Positions 28,374 through 38,285 of a DNA stretch of 64,000 nt are shown here, in pieces (within the stretch, counting starts at the first letter, position 1; each line of letters opens with the position of its first letter). A program made the position numbers and the translations under genes. Under the pieces are notes generated by a model. The model was not told the DNA's origin, searched no databases, and was given only the letters and a program-made list of their open reading frames with translations. The DNA comes from Bianqueaceae bacterium. GTDB taxonomy: Bacteria > Bacillota > Clostridia > Lachnospirales > Bianqueaceae. Location of the stretch: contig JAZQUJ010000157.1 of the NCBI GenBank assembly GCA_045631245.1, positions 1,207 through 65,206 of the forward strand. Reading direction: 5' to 3'.

Positions 28374-29846
28374 CTATTGGATGTTCAAAACATAGTCTAA
28401 CATTCGATCTTTAGCGGTTACAGCAAGGTGACGCTCCGGCAGGCCGGAAAGTTCGGCCAGGGCCTGCGGGATCTCGGTGTCGGTCAGGCTCGACAACAGA
28501 TTCATCTGTTCAAATTCGTCATCAAGATTTGCGGCTTCTTCAGGTGCAATGGCGCTCAGCACTGATGCCGGGAACTTGTAAGGAGAGGCAGTGGACAGCA
28601 CCACCATGGGTCTGTCGTCACCGGTTTCTCTTTGATACTGCTCAGCCACTTCCCAGGCCACAGCGGTGTGGGTATCGCATACATAATGATGCTCTTCCCA
28701 AACGCGGCGGATGGTCTGCAGCGAGGTTTCATCGTCGCAGCAACCGGCCCAGAATTCATTCTGGAGCTTGGTCAGCATCTCATCGGAGATTTGATAAAAA
28801 CCTTCTTTAGAAAGCTGGTTCATAAGATCAGCGATGAGCTCGGTGTTATTGTCGGACAGCAGATACAGCATACGCTCCAAGTTGGAGGAAATCAGAATGT
28901 CCATGGAGGGTGACTGGGTCTTCAGCAGAGGTCTGCGGCGGTCATACAAACCGGTACGGATGAAATCGGTGAGCACGTTGTTGGCATTGGATGCACAGAT
29001 CAGCTTGCCCACGGGCAGGCCCATGCACTTGGCCAGGTAGCCCGCCAGAATGTCGCCGAAGTTGCCGGTGGGAACGGTGAAGTTGACTTCATCGCCCATT
29101 TGAATGCGTCCGGCATTTAGCAGATCCTGATAGGATTTGAAATAGTAGGTCACCTGGGGAGCCAGACGACCGATGTTGATGGAGTTGGCAGAGGATAAGG
29201 CCACGCCTTTTCCTTCAAATAAATTGTCTTTCGAATCAGCGGCGAAGATGTTCTTCACGCCGGTCTGGGCATCGTCGAAATTACCTTCCACAGCGCAGAC
29301 GGTTACGTTCTCACCCTTTTGGGTGACCATCTGTGCTCTTTGCACGGCGGATACGCCGCCGTGGGGGTAGAATACGCAGATCTTGATGCCGGGTACGTCT
29401 TGGAAGCCTGCCAGTGCTGCTTTACCGGTGTCGCCGGATGTGGCAGTCAGGATCAGGATGGTATCCTCCATCCCTTTTTGCTGCTTGGCAGCGGAAATGA
29501 GCTGGGGGAGCATGCACAGCGCCACGTCCTTGAAGGCGGAGGTGGGGCCGTGGAAGAGTTCGAGCACGCCGTAGGGGCCGACGGGCCGGGTGGGGGTGAG
29601 CTCGGGGGTGCGGAATTTATGGTCGTAGGCCTGGTGTACGAGCCGGCCCATGTTTTCGATGGAGGGGAGCAGGGCGGACAGGATGGTTTCAGCCATGCCG
29701 TATACGTCTTGCTGCATCATGGCGGCGAGGTCGAGGCTGGGTATACGGTCCATCATATAGAGGCCGCCGTCGGGGGCGAGACCGCTGAGGATGGCCTGTG
29801 ATGCATCGACTGCGCCGTTTTTGTTTCGGGTAGAATGATATAACAT
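28374..29846 (-). CDS. thrC: threonine synthase
   Basis: The N-terminus is MLYHSTRNKNGAVDASQAILSGLAPDGGLYM, and the PLP lysine context is FKD. A GTG at 29855 is an alternative start. Confidence 0.9.
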   Translation of the reverse strand: MLYHSTRNKNGAVDASQAILSGLAPDGGLYMMDRIPSLDLAAMMQQDVYGMAETILSALLPSIENMGRLVHQAYDHKFRTPELTPTRPVGPYGVLELFHGPTSAFKDVALCMLPQLISAAKQQKGMEDTILILTATSGDTGKAALAGFQDVPGIKICVFYPHGGVSAVQRAQMVTQKGENVTVCAVEGNFDDAQTGVKNIFAADSKDNLFEGKGVALSSANSINIGRLAPQVTYYFKSYQDLLNAGRIQMGDEVNFTVPTGNFGDILAGYLAKCMGLPVGKLICASNANNVLTDFIRTGLYDRRRPLLKTQSPSMDILISSNLERMLYLLSDNNTELIADLMNQLSKEGFYQISDEMLTKLQNEFWAGCCDDETSLQTIRRVWEEHHYVCDTHTAVAWEVAEQYQRETGDDRPMVVLSTASPYKFPASVLSAIAPEEAANLDDEFEQMNLLSSLTDTEIPQALAELSGLPERHLAVTAKDRMLDYVLNIQ

Positions 29847-29944
29847 ATGGTTCACTTTCTTTCTGAATTACTTCTATATTACTGGGCTGCCGGGCGGCTC
29901 CTTTCTGCGTCGCCGGGCGTATCCGCTTTTGCGGGTTGCGTTAT

Positions 29945-29973
29945 ATCATACTCTGTTTTCGCGCGAAAGACAA
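29945..29973 (-). promoter_or_regulatory. candidate thrC promoter
   Basis: On the minus strand: TTGTCT, a 17-nt spacer, then TATGAT, about 100 nt upstream of thrC. Confidence 0.35.
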
Positions 29974-30080
29974 GTGATTTTGGAAGAAAAATAATTTTCG
30001 GCGATTTTGCTAGCGTTCCACGAATGGCGGACAGGTGTTTGTACAAAATGACGAAGACATTCGAGGTGGGTGGTAGAGGA

Positions 30081-30365
30081 TACATGGTCATGGGGGCGTG
30101 AAGGGGTGACCATGTAGTCAAATTGCAATTGTGACCATGGTGAATAGCTGAGCAACAGTGGACCGTGTAGACGATTTTACGATTGTGACCATGGTGGCTT
30201 ATCAATAACAGGGAAACCATGGTGTACTGCTACATGGTTAGCTAGTTTAAAATGTGCAACCATGTAGAAATGACTTTAGGGTATCTCTTCGTAAGAGGGT
30301 CAACCATGTAGCAAATTACTAAACGACTACATGGTTGTGTCAATATCAAGGGGTCAACCATGTAG
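30081..30365. repeat. array of 11 copies of a 10-13-nt motif (G)(T/A)(C/G)AACCATG(T/G)(A/T)G at about 26-bp spacing
   Basis: Copies lie at 30081-30090(rc), 30107-30120, 30131-30142, 30158-30170, 30185-30196, 30213-30224, 30230-30241(rc), 30256-30267, 30299-30311, 30328-30338(rc) and 30353-30365. Confidence 0.85.
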
Positions 30366-30402
30366 TCGAAGGGGCAAACAACTATAGGGTATGTGTCATT
30401 AA

Positions 30403-30435
30403 GAAAAAAACTGCCGCCCCTTACGGGAGCGGCAG
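30403..30435 (-). terminator. rho-independent terminator of the isomerase gene
   Basis: On the minus strand: CTGCCGCTCCC-loop-GGGGCGGCAG followed by TTTTTTT. Confidence 0.8.
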
Positions 30436-30452
30436 TCATATTACCTAATCAA

Positions 30453-31265
30453 TCAGCCCTTCAAATATTCGATGCTCATCTGAACAGCTTCCATGGGAGT
30501 GCGGCCAACGGAACGGTCCTGCTCAACTACCAGCCATTTAGCACCGGAAGCCTCGGCGGCCTCGATGATGGCGGGAATGTTCTGCATGCCGTGACCAACG
30601 GGACGAAACTCGAAGGTGCCTTTGGCTTCTTCCTTCTTCTCGATACCGATCAGCTCATACATGCCGGCGGCGTGGCCTTCTTTATAGAAGTCTTTCAAAT
30701 GAACCACGGGGCAGCGGCCTGCATATTTGCGGATGTAGTCAGCAGGATTCTCGCCACCAACGTTTACCCAGCAGGTATCCAGCTCGGTCTGCAGCAGATC
30801 AGCGGGAATGGTGTCGTACATGTAATCCAAACCGTACTGGCCGTTCTCCATTTTGATGAATTCGAAATCGTGGTTGTGATACAGGAAGGGGATGCCCATT
30901 TCCTTGCCCACTTCGCAGATGTGGCGCATGTTCTTCAAAGTCTCCTCAAAAGCAGGAGCGCCGGGACGATCTTCCTCGCCCAAGTAAGGGAAGGCGATGT
31001 ACTGAACACCGATCTCCTTGTAAGCGGCGATGGTGCCCTCAGCATCAGCTACCAGCTCAGCGTAGGGAACGTGAGCGGAAATGGCGGGAATGCCCACTTC
31101 GTCCAGGGCAGCGCGCACTTCAGCAGCGGTCATGCCATACAGGCCAGCCAGCTCAACGCCATCGTAGCCCATATCTTTCAATTTCTGCAGGGTACCTTTA
31201 AAATCAGCAGCCGCGTCATCGCGAACAGAATATACTTGAACAGCAATCGGTAATTTGGAAAGCAT
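30453..31265 (-). CDS. sugar phosphate isomerase/epimerase (xylose-isomerase-like TIM barrel)
   Basis: MLSKLPIAVQVYSVRDD...GYDGVELAG is a typical N-terminus for this family. Confidence 0.75.
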   Translation of the reverse strand: MLSKLPIAVQVYSVRDDAAADFKGTLQKLKDMGYDGVELAGLYGMTAAEVRAALDEVGIPAISAHVPYAELVADAEGTIAAYKEIGVQYIAFPYLGEEDRPGAPAFEETLKNMRHICEVGKEMGIPFLYHNHDFEFIKMENGQYGLDYMYDTIPADLLQTELDTCWVNVGGENPADYIRKYAGRCPVVHLKDFYKEGHAAGMYELIGIEKKEEAKGTFEFRPVGHGMQNIPAIIEAAEASGAKWLVVEQDRSVGRTPMEAVQMSIEYLKG

Positions 31266-31350
31266 AGTTGTAGTCTCCTTTATAATTTGTCACGGTCGCC
31301 ATTTTGTGCCAGCCACAGCCCGGATCAAAATGGCGTATACTGATTCAATA

Positions 31351-32748
31351 CTACACTTTCCCACTTTTGTTGTCAACCGCTTTGCGGAAAAAATATACCA
31401 AAAACGGCGCGCTCAAAAGGAAGGTCGCCCCGTCCGCCAGCGCCTGAGAAAACTGCACGCCCGCCACACCCCACAGCCGCGGCAACCATAGAATCAGCGG
31501 GATGAAAAACAACCCCTGCCGCGCCGACGCCAAAAAGGAGGCGATCGTCGGTCGATGCACCGCCTGAAACCCCAGATTCGCCAGCGTACACGCCGGAATC
31601 AGCGGCAGTGTCAGCGCGCCCGCGCGCAAAGCGGCGACGGCTATGGCAGGTCCGTCCCCAGCGTTCAGAAACAGCTGCACCAACCATTCTGACTTCCAGT
31701 AGATCAGGCCGCCGATGGCGGCCAGGGCGATGGTGCCCGTCCATAAAGTGAAGTGACAAGCTTGGCGTATACGCTTTGTGTTATGGTTTGTAAAGTTAAA
31801 ACCGATGAGCGGCTGTAGCCCTTGGGCATACCCCAGCATTAAGGTGAAGGGAATCATGAAGATCTTGCCCGCCACGGACATGGCGGCCACAGCCTCATCC
31901 CCTTGCAGCCGCGCCGCCCGGCTGAGGAGAATGGCGGACACAGCCGCCAGCCCCTGACGCAGTAAGGACGGGGAGCCGGAAAAGAGGATGGAAGGGAGAT
32001 GTCGAGGTCCGTCCCTTCGACAAAGCGCTTTTGTACGGATAGGTCCGTCCCTTCGACAAAGCAGCTGTAGCTGGCTTTTTCCTGTGAGAAATGTGGACAA
32101 CAATACGGCAAATCCCAGGGCATGGCTGATCAGCGTTGCCAAGGAAATTCCCTGCACGCCAAGAACGTGCACCAGCAACGGATCCAGAATCATGTTCAGC
32201 AACCCGGCGGTGGCGATGCCCAAAAGTGCACGCCCGGTGTGGCCCTCGGAGCGAAGAAGGTGACTTAAACAAAGAAGGCCGGTGAGAAAAGGTGCCGCCA
32301 GAAAGATGTATACGCTATACCGAGAGGCGAGGGGAAGGATAGCGTCGCTGGCGCCAAAGAACCGCAAAATTGGTGTACGCCAAAAGATGCCGCAGGCGAT
32401 GAGCAGCCCACAAAGAATAGACGTCAAAAAGCTGGTACGGGCAAGGCGGCTGGCGGCGGCCACATCCTGACGGCCCAGCTCCAGCGAGATCAAACTGCCG
32501 CCGCCCATGCCTAAAGTAAAGCCCACCGCCTGGATGCACGCCATCAGAGAAAAGCAGATCCCGACTGCACCGGTGGCCTCGGTGCCCAGTGAGGAAACGG
32601 TGAGGCTGTCCACCAGACTGGCAGCGGAAGTGATCAGCATACTGGCCATGGCGGGGAGTGCCAGCGAGAGTAGGAGCCTGGGAATGGGAGCGTGCATCAT
32701 GCGATCATGTTCGGCAGATGATGACGGAGATGGTTTGAGAGTAGCCAT
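31351..32748 (-). CDS. MATE family efflux transporter
   Basis: Start at ATG 32748. About 12 TM helices. PIPRLLLSLALPAMASMLI is a typical MATE N-terminus. The gene contains an in-frame 36-bp duplication. Confidence 0.8.
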   Translation of the reverse strand: MATLKPSPSSSAEHDRMMHAPIPRLLLSLALPAMASMLITSAASLVDSLTVSSLGTEATGAVGICFSLMACIQAVGFTLGMGGGSLISLELGRQDVAAASRLARTSFLTSILCGLLIACGIFWRTPILRFFGASDAILPLASRYSVYIFLAAPFLTGLLCLSHLLRSEGHTGRALLGIATAGLLNMILDPLLVHVLGVQGISLATLISHALGFAVLLSTFLTGKSQLQLLCRRDGPIRTKALCRRDGPRHLPSILFSGSPSLLRQGLAAVSAILLSRAARLQGDEAVAAMSVAGKIFMIPFTLMLGYAQGLQPLIGFNFTNHNTKRIRQACHFTLWTGTIALAAIGGLIYWKSEWLVQLFLNAGDGPAIAVAALRAGALTLPLIPACTLANLGFQAVHRPTIASFLASARQGLFFIPLILWLPRLWGVAGVQFSQALADGATFLLSAPFLVYFFRKAVDNKSGKV

Positions 32749-32862
32749 GACGAATTCCTTCCTTATAAATTTAAACAGATCGGGTGATATTAGCCTTAGT
32801 ATGCACCGCGGGCGGCGGTTCATGCGGAAAATCTGCAATTGACAAGGAGCGATGAAAGGGCT

Positions 32863-33558
32863 ATGATGAACATAATAATGAAGAGATTTTTAGCAGCGGA
32901 AGGATTGTTATACGCTGTCTTTCTCATTGGCGATCTGCTGGCGTGGCCCACCGATGGAATCAAATTTTTGGCCATTGGCCTATGTGCCGGAATTGCCTGT
33001 GTATGGGCAAGGCGTACACGAGAATGGTTTGTGCCTGCGGCACTGTTGCTATCATGGATCGCGGATGCCTGTCTGCTGTTTGGCGGCCCCTATTTGTTTG
33101 GGGTGCTGTGTTTTTGCGGCGTACAGGCTCTGTTTGCAGCGCGGCTCATGTGGCTACGCAGTAAAGTGCGGCGGTTCAAATGGCGGGATCATGTGCAGAG
33201 CGTGGCTTGGCGCATTTCGTTGTACGGAGCGGCATTGGTGACATTGCGGCTGGCAGCGGGGACGGATCTGCTGACACCTCTTCATACAGCGGCGCTGAAA
33301 TCCTTTTCGCAGCTGAGCGTAAATGCGGCGGAGGCCTGGCATCTGCAGCGGTTCGAGCCGCGGGTACGGAGCTTTGCGGCAGGGCTGCTGCTGTTTTGGC
33401 TCTGTGATCTATGCGTGGGCCTGCGATATCTGTTGGCAGGATCAGTGTGGGAACTGCCCATCGCCTACGGAATTTGGCTTTTTTATCTGCCCGCGCAGGT
33501 GTGCATCGCGCTGGCACAGGCAGTAACGATCGACAACAATAGGAGGAATCACCCATGA
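32863..33558 (+). CDS. polytopic membrane protein of unknown function
   Basis: Six to seven hydrophobic helices. The start is uncertain (32839 TTG or 32863 ATG). Confidence 0.55.
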   Translation: MMNIIMKRFLAAEGLLYAVFLIGDLLAWPTDGIKFLAIGLCAGIACVWARRTREWFVPAALLLSWIADACLLFGGPYLFGVLCFCGVQALFAARLMWLRSKVRRFKWRDHVQSVAWRISLYGAALVTLRLAAGTDLLTPLHTAALKSFSQLSVNAAEAWHLQRFEPRVRSFAAGLLLFWLCDLCVGLRYLLAGSVWELPIAYGIWLFYLPAQVCIALAQAVTIDNNRRNHP

Positions 33559-34211
33559 AACAAAACAAACCTCTGGCCATTAGCCTCATCATATGCACGG
33601 CACTATTCATACTGACGGCGTCCATCGCCGCGCCCATCCTGATCCGCGGCTTTTACTACATCCAAATCAAACCGCTGGGCATTATGGAGGACACCGGCCT
33701 GTCCATGGGTCAGATCCGCCAGGCATACGACGAAATGATGGACTTTTGCATGAGCCGAACCCCCGTGTTCTCTACCGGTGAACTGGCATGGAGCGAGTGG
33801 GGCCGCAGCCACTTCGTGGACGTGCGCGGGCTCTTCAGCCTGAACATGTGGGTCCTGTTCATCAGCGGCGCACTGCTCACGGCATGGACCATTATTAAGC
33901 GCAAAGCGCAAATGGGACCACAGTATCTGGCAGGACGCAGCATCGGCTTCTGGGCCGGAAGCGGTCTGCTGAGCGTATTCGTACTGGTCGGTGCCTTGGG
34001 CTCCATCGATTTTAACACCACGTTTACCATTTTCCATAAAATCTTCTTCCCGGGCAAGGATAACTGGATCTTCGATCCTCGGGTGGATGAGATCATCAAC
34101 ATCCTGCCGGAAGCCTTCTTCCGAAACTGCGCCATTGCAATCGTGGCACTGATCATTGGCAGCTGCGTAGTGTTGATCGTGAAGGATGTAAAAAGAAGAA
34201 AAAAAGATTGA
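33555..34211 (+). CDS. TIGR01906/DUF1461-family integral membrane protein
   Basis: ATGA overlap with the upstream gene. C-terminal motif FHKIFFPGKDNWIFDP...LPEAFF. Confidence 0.65.
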   Translation: MKQNKPLAISLIICTALFILTASIAAPILIRGFYYIQIKPLGIMEDTGLSMGQIRQAYDEMMDFCMSRTPVFSTGELAWSEWGRSHFVDVRGLFSLNMWVLFISGALLTAWTIIKRKAQMGPQYLAGRSIGFWAGSGLLSVFVLVGALGSIDFNTTFTIFHKIFFPGKDNWIFDPRVDEIINILPEAFFRNCAIAIVALIIGSCVVLIVKDVKRRKKD

Positions 34212-34236
34212 TAATTATATTCAAATAACATATAAT

Positions 34237-34261
34237 AAAAGTAGGGAAAACCCTACTTTTC
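34237..34261 (+). terminator. rho-independent terminator
   Basis: AAAGTAGGG-loop-CCCTACTTTT. Confidence 0.65.
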
Positions 34262-34286
34262 CTATTTTAAGAATGGAGGTGAGGAT

Positions 34287-34562
34287 ATGGCAGCCAGAGC
34301 TTTTGTTGATAATGCAAAGGTTATGTCGAAAGGTCAGGTTACGATTCCAAAAGATGTGAGAGAAGTTTTGGGAGTATCCACAGGAGATCGAATCACATTT
34401 GTTGTGGAAGGAAATACTGTTCGTTTGGTGAATTCAGCGGTTTATGCGATGCAGATTTTGCAGTCTCAAATGAAAGGTGAGGCGGAAAAAGCAGGACTTG
34501 TATCGGAAGATGACATTATGGAAATGGTAAAGGAAGTCAGAGATGAAAGCGAGGATTCATGA
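34287..34562 (+). CDS. AbrB/MazE/SpoVT-family antitoxin
   Basis: Looped-hinge-helix motif GQVTIPKDVREVLGVSTGDRITF. Confidence 0.8.
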   Translation: MAARAFVDNAKVMSKGQVTIPKDVREVLGVSTGDRITFVVEGNTVRLVNSAVYAMQILQSQMKGEAEKAGLVSEDDIMEMVKEVRDESEDS

Positions 34563-34963
34563 GAGTACTGATTGATACAAATGTATTAATTTCTGCCGCA
34601 CTTAAGCCAAATGGGGCACCCTACCAGGCATTTATAAAAGCGGTTTCTTATCCAAATCAGGGAATCATTTTCGAACAAAATGTGGATGAACTGCGGAGGA
34701 TCTTCAATAGGAAGTTTCCAAAACAGTTACAAGCTTTGGAAGCTTTTTTATCGTTGGCAATTTTGACATTGGAGATTGTACCCACTCCTTTAGTGGAAAA
34801 TGAGCAAGAACAGAAAATTCGAGATATAAAAGATCGGCCTATTTTGCGAGCTGCAATGGATGCAAAGGCTGATTTTTTATTAACCGGTGATAAAGATTTT
34901 TTAGAATCAGGCACTCAACATCCTTCAGCAATCAGTGTTGCTGAGTTTTTAACATTAGAATAA
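34559..34963 (+). CDS. PIN-domain toxin (VapC-like)
   Basis: ATGA overlap with the antitoxin gene. MRVLIDTNVLISA and LLTGDKDF acidic motifs. Confidence 0.8.
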   Translation: MRVLIDTNVLISAALKPNGAPYQAFIKAVSYPNQGIIFEQNVDELRRIFNRKFPKQLQALEAFLSLAILTLEIVPTPLVENEQEQKIRDIKDRPILRAAMDAKADFLLTGDKDFLESGTQHPSAISVAEFLTLE

Positions 34964-34978
34964 GAGAGAGAATATGGG

Positions 34979-35013
34979 GAGTCTGATTGTGAAAGCAATC
35001 TGACTCTGTTTTT
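34979..35013 (+). terminator. rho-independent terminator
   Basis: GAGTCTGATTG-loop-CAATCTGACTC followed by TGTTTTT. Confidence 0.6.
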
Positions 35014-35056
35014 CTTTACAGAAAAGTATAAGATGAGTATAATTGAGATAAAATAA

Positions 35057-35743
35057 ATGATTTTCGAGGATACTAATATAATGAAGCAAAACATTTCCCT
35101 ACAGGATATATCGGATGGTAAACTGTATACGTCAAACGACATGGTGCGGGCGGATGCCGGCGACTGCGCGGGCTGTCACGCCTGCTGCTGCGGTACCGGA
35201 GCGGCCATCGTGCTGGATCCGATGGATGTGTACCGCCTGACCAAGGGTCTAAACAAACCCTTCACCGAGCTGATGCCCATCCACTTTGAAGCGGGATTGG
35301 TAGATGGCATTGTGCTGCCCAACCTGCGAAACGACGGCGACGAGCAGCGCTGCACCTTCCTGAACGAAGAGGGCCGCTGCAGCGTGCACGCCATACGACC
35401 GGGCATCTGCCGGTTGTTCCCGCTGGCCCGCTATTATGAAAACAATACCTTCTATTACATATTGCAGACCAAGCAATGCACCAACCACAATCTGGCCAAG
35501 GTGAAGATCAAAAACTGGATCGACACCCCCAACCTGCCGGCCTACGAGCGGTTCGTCACCGAATGGCATTATCTGCTGAAGGCCCTGCAGGCGCATCTTG
35601 CAGAGAATCCCGCCGATGCACAGGCCGTGAGCATGTTTGTGCTGCGCACATTTTATATGCAGCCCTATGATACCAGGGCCGACTTCTACGAGCAGTTCGC
35701 GGAGCGGCTAACCATGACAAAGGAAGCTTTTGGGGTGGAATGA
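35057..35743 (+). CDS. YkgJ-family cysteine-cluster protein
   Basis: CAGCHACCCG cluster. Confidence 0.65.
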   Translation: MIFEDTNIMKQNISLQDISDGKLYTSNDMVRADAGDCAGCHACCCGTGAAIVLDPMDVYRLTKGLNKPFTELMPIHFEAGLVDGIVLPNLRNDGDEQRCTFLNEEGRCSVHAIRPGICRLFPLARYYENNTFYYILQTKQCTNHNLAKVKIKNWIDTPNLPAYERFVTEWHYLLKALQAHLAENPADAQAVSMFVLRTFYMQPYDTRADFYEQFAERLTMTKEAFGVE

Positions 35744-37677
35744 TGAAACGATTATTGATTATGGTGCTGCTGGCAGCGATGCTGATCGGCGGCTGCGGTC
35801 GGATCCAACCGGAAGGGCCGTCCAAACAGGACAGTCAGCAGGAAGAAGTGTCCCAGGTGGTGGACGCCGAGGAGTCGCAGACGGAATCGGTGGTGGTGGA
35901 AGAGGCCGAGCCCAGCATTTTGGACGGGGCGGTGCCGATCAGCGAAGGATCGGCGGCCTACTACGTGCCCTGTGCGACAGTGGAAGACATGAAACGCTGC
36001 ACGCCCTATGTGATGGGAGGTTCGCTGCTGCTGTACCGCATGACCTACGATGACAACGGCAACAATCCACAGCTGCATCTGGCGGCGGTGGACCTGAAGA
36101 CCGGCGAGCAGGTGGGCGAGCAGACCTTCGAAACGCCCAACTATATTAGCCTGCAGACCGTGGGAGAGTATCTGTGTATGACGGACGCCGACAGCGGCTG
36201 GGTGGGCTTTTTCGATGAGCAGCTCACGCTGCAAAATGAATACGAGATTAGCCCGGACGGCGGCAGTTGGTACGTGAGTCCGGACATGCAAAAACTGTAT
36301 AGCCTCAGCTGGGACGGCGGTATCCGCCGCATCGATCTGGCCACCCAGGAAGAAGAGGTGCTGCTGGACAACGTGACCGACATGATTCCCACGCAGATCG
36401 ATGGAGAACGAGTTTTGGTGGGCTACACGGAACTGGAGAGCCAGGTCCATCGGTGTCAACTGTTTTCGCTGACCACGGGCGCGCTGGAGGAGCTGCCGCT
36501 GACCGGACAGTTTTATCAGGTGACGCAGGCAGGGGACGTGTGGTTTTATCATCATCCCTACGATTGGCAGACCTACATTGTGCAGAGCGGCGGGCAGACC
36601 CGCTCGGCGGTGGTGGAGCAGGGCTACATGATGCTGGAGGAAGGCGGGCATCTGATGGTGGCCAATGACGGCGCCACGGAGCTGAAGCTGTATGACGGCA
36701 ACGGCGGGTATCTGTCGGGTATTACGCTGCCCGCGGACGAGCACGGCGATGGGCGCATGGCCTGGAGCGAAGAGCACGGCGGCTATTTCACCGTGGCCAC
36801 GAATTATGAGACCGGCGAGGGTCAGCTATTGTTCTGGGATCTGACCCAGCAGCAGGTGGGTGCGCCGCTGGCGCTGAAGCCCTATGGCAGCGGACTGAGC
36901 GGTGAGACGGGCAGCGACGGACAGACGGGCGACATGGTGTCGGCAGATCTGTATGAGCGGGCTGCGCAGCTGTCGGAACAGTATGGCGTGGACATTCGCA
37001 TTGCGGAGCAGTGCGGCTTTGACTATGCGGATTTTACCGCCGATGTGCTTACCGAAGAAGGACAAATCAACCTAGCCCTGGATAATTTAGAGACGGCGCT
37101 GGCCGCCTATCCGGAGGGCTTTTTCGAACAGCTCAAGTGCGGCAGCATCACCAGCATCCGCATTGAGATCGTGCATAATTTAAAGGATAAACGCACCCAG
37201 GAGGGCGATGCCTTTGACAGCTTTAACGGTTTTGTGCGGGAACTGTACGATCACCGCCTGATGGTGCTGGATGCGGAAACCATGTACGTCGACACGATCT
37301 ACCATGAGTTTTCGCATATGATTGATGCACGCTTGGCCTTTGATGCCAACCTGCGCAGCGACGCCCTGTACAGCGAGCTGACCTGGCTGGAGATGCAGCC
37401 CGGGGATTATGAGTTCCCTTATAGCTATGCGGAGATTCCGGAGTATGTGTACGAGGCGAGCCGAAACGGCTACTTCGTCAGCGTGTATGGAGGCACCTAT
37501 CCCACTGAGGATCGGGCGACGGTGATGGAATCCGCCATGTCGGGCTACTACGGCATCTTTACGGCGCAGCCGGTGCTGATGGAAAAACTGTATTACTATA
37601 GCGAGTGCATCCGCGACTGCTTCGACACCACGGGCTGGCCGGAGGTGACCAAGTGGGAAGAGCCGCTGTATCAGTAA
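35740..37677 (+). CDS. lipoprotein with C-terminal HExxH (zinc-metalloprotease-like) motif
   Basis: Lipobox MMKRLLIMVLLAAMLIGGC. HEFSHMID lies near aa 520. Confidence 0.7.
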   Translation: MMKRLLIMVLLAAMLIGGCGRIQPEGPSKQDSQQEEVSQVVDAEESQTESVVVEEAEPSILDGAVPISEGSAAYYVPCATVEDMKRCTPYVMGGSLLLYRMTYDDNGNNPQLHLAAVDLKTGEQVGEQTFETPNYISLQTVGEYLCMTDADSGWVGFFDEQLTLQNEYEISPDGGSWYVSPDMQKLYSLSWDGGIRRIDLATQEEEVLLDNVTDMIPTQIDGERVLVGYTELESQVHRCQLFSLTTGALEELPLTGQFYQVTQAGDVWFYHHPYDWQTYIVQSGGQTRSAVVEQGYMMLEEGGHLMVANDGATELKLYDGNGGYLSGITLPADEHGDGRMAWSEEHGGYFTVATNYETGEGQLLFWDLTQQQVGAPLALKPYGSGLSGETGSDGQTGDMVSADLYERAAQLSEQYGVDIRIAEQCGFDYADFTADVLTEEGQINLALDNLETALAAYPEGFFEQLKCGSITSIRIEIVHNLKDKRTQEGDAFDSFNGFVRELYDHRLMVLDAETMYVDTIYHEFSHMIDARLAFDANLRSDALYSELTWLEMQPGDYEFPYSYAEIPEYVYEASRNGYFVSVYGGTYPTEDRATVMESAMSGYYGIFTAQPVLMEKLYYYSECIRDCFDTTGWPEVTKWEEPLYQ

Positions 37678-37804
37678 GAAATTTGCAGCCTTGGCAGAAT
37701 GAGAGATTCTGTCAGGGCTGTTGCCGTTTTGTTGGATATTATTTTGAAAATACTTGACTATTATACGCATTATTGCGTATAATAACTGTATCGAAGGAGG
37801 TGGT

Positions 37805-38281
37805 ATGATGGGTTTGCGTGAAATTAGAAAGAGCAGGAATATGTCGCAAAGTGAATTAGCGGCTATGTGTGGTATAAACTATCGATCTCTTCAAGATTAT
37901 GAGCAAGGACACAAAAAGCTCATGTCAGCAAACGGAGATATTCTGCTGCGGTTATCAACCGTTCTTGGCTGCAGTATGCAGGAACTATTATTAACCGATC
38001 AGGTAGCCGGTGCCTCTTTGCATAGAGGAAACAAAGTGGATATTGCGACGATTCAGAGTCAGCAATTCTTTTGCGAAAAATATAATGTAGCCGGCCGATG
38101 GATTTGTGGAAATGATTCGATTGCTACTATGTTTTACTTTAGAGGTAAGCAGTATTGTTTGCCTTTTAAAGCTGTGTTTACACCTGTTATGCTGCCTTGT
38201 TTAGCCGAGGCCGCTGCCTTGCAGATTGAAGAAAAAATAGATGATATTCTATTTCAGGAAGATGGGTTTGAGGAATGGTGA
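37805..38281 (+). CDS. XRE-family HTH protein (HipB-like antitoxin with C-terminal extension)
   Basis: Start at ATG 37805 after GGAGGTGG. HTH sequence RKSRNMSQSELAAMCGINYRSLQDYEQG. Confidence 0.75.
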   Translation: MMGLREIRKSRNMSQSELAAMCGINYRSLQDYEQGHKKLMSANGDILLRLSTVLGCSMQELLLTDQVAGASLHRGNKVDIATIQSQQFFCEKYNVAGRWICGNDSIATMFYFRGKQYCLPFKAVFTPVMLPCLAEAAALQIEEKIDDILFQEDGFEEW

Positions 38282-38285
38282 TTAT

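Noticed and set aside
30081-30365. Possibility that the ACCATGTAG array is a CRISPR array
   Set aside because: The repeat units are only 10-13 nt with spacers of 13-16 nt, and some copies are inverted. There are no cas genes in the window. It is reported as an unexplained repeat array instead.
30393-31253. 286-aa plus-strand ORF opposite the sugar-phosphate isomerase gene
   Set aside because: The minus-strand frame gives a recognisable TIM-barrel isomerase and has a proper terminator. The plus-strand frame has neither a motif nor an RBS.
35752-36777. 341-aa minus-strand ORF, and 37180-37770, overlapping the lipoprotein/HExxH gene
   Set aside because: These are antisense shadows. The plus-strand gene has a lipobox, an ATGA-coupled start and a metalloprotease motif.
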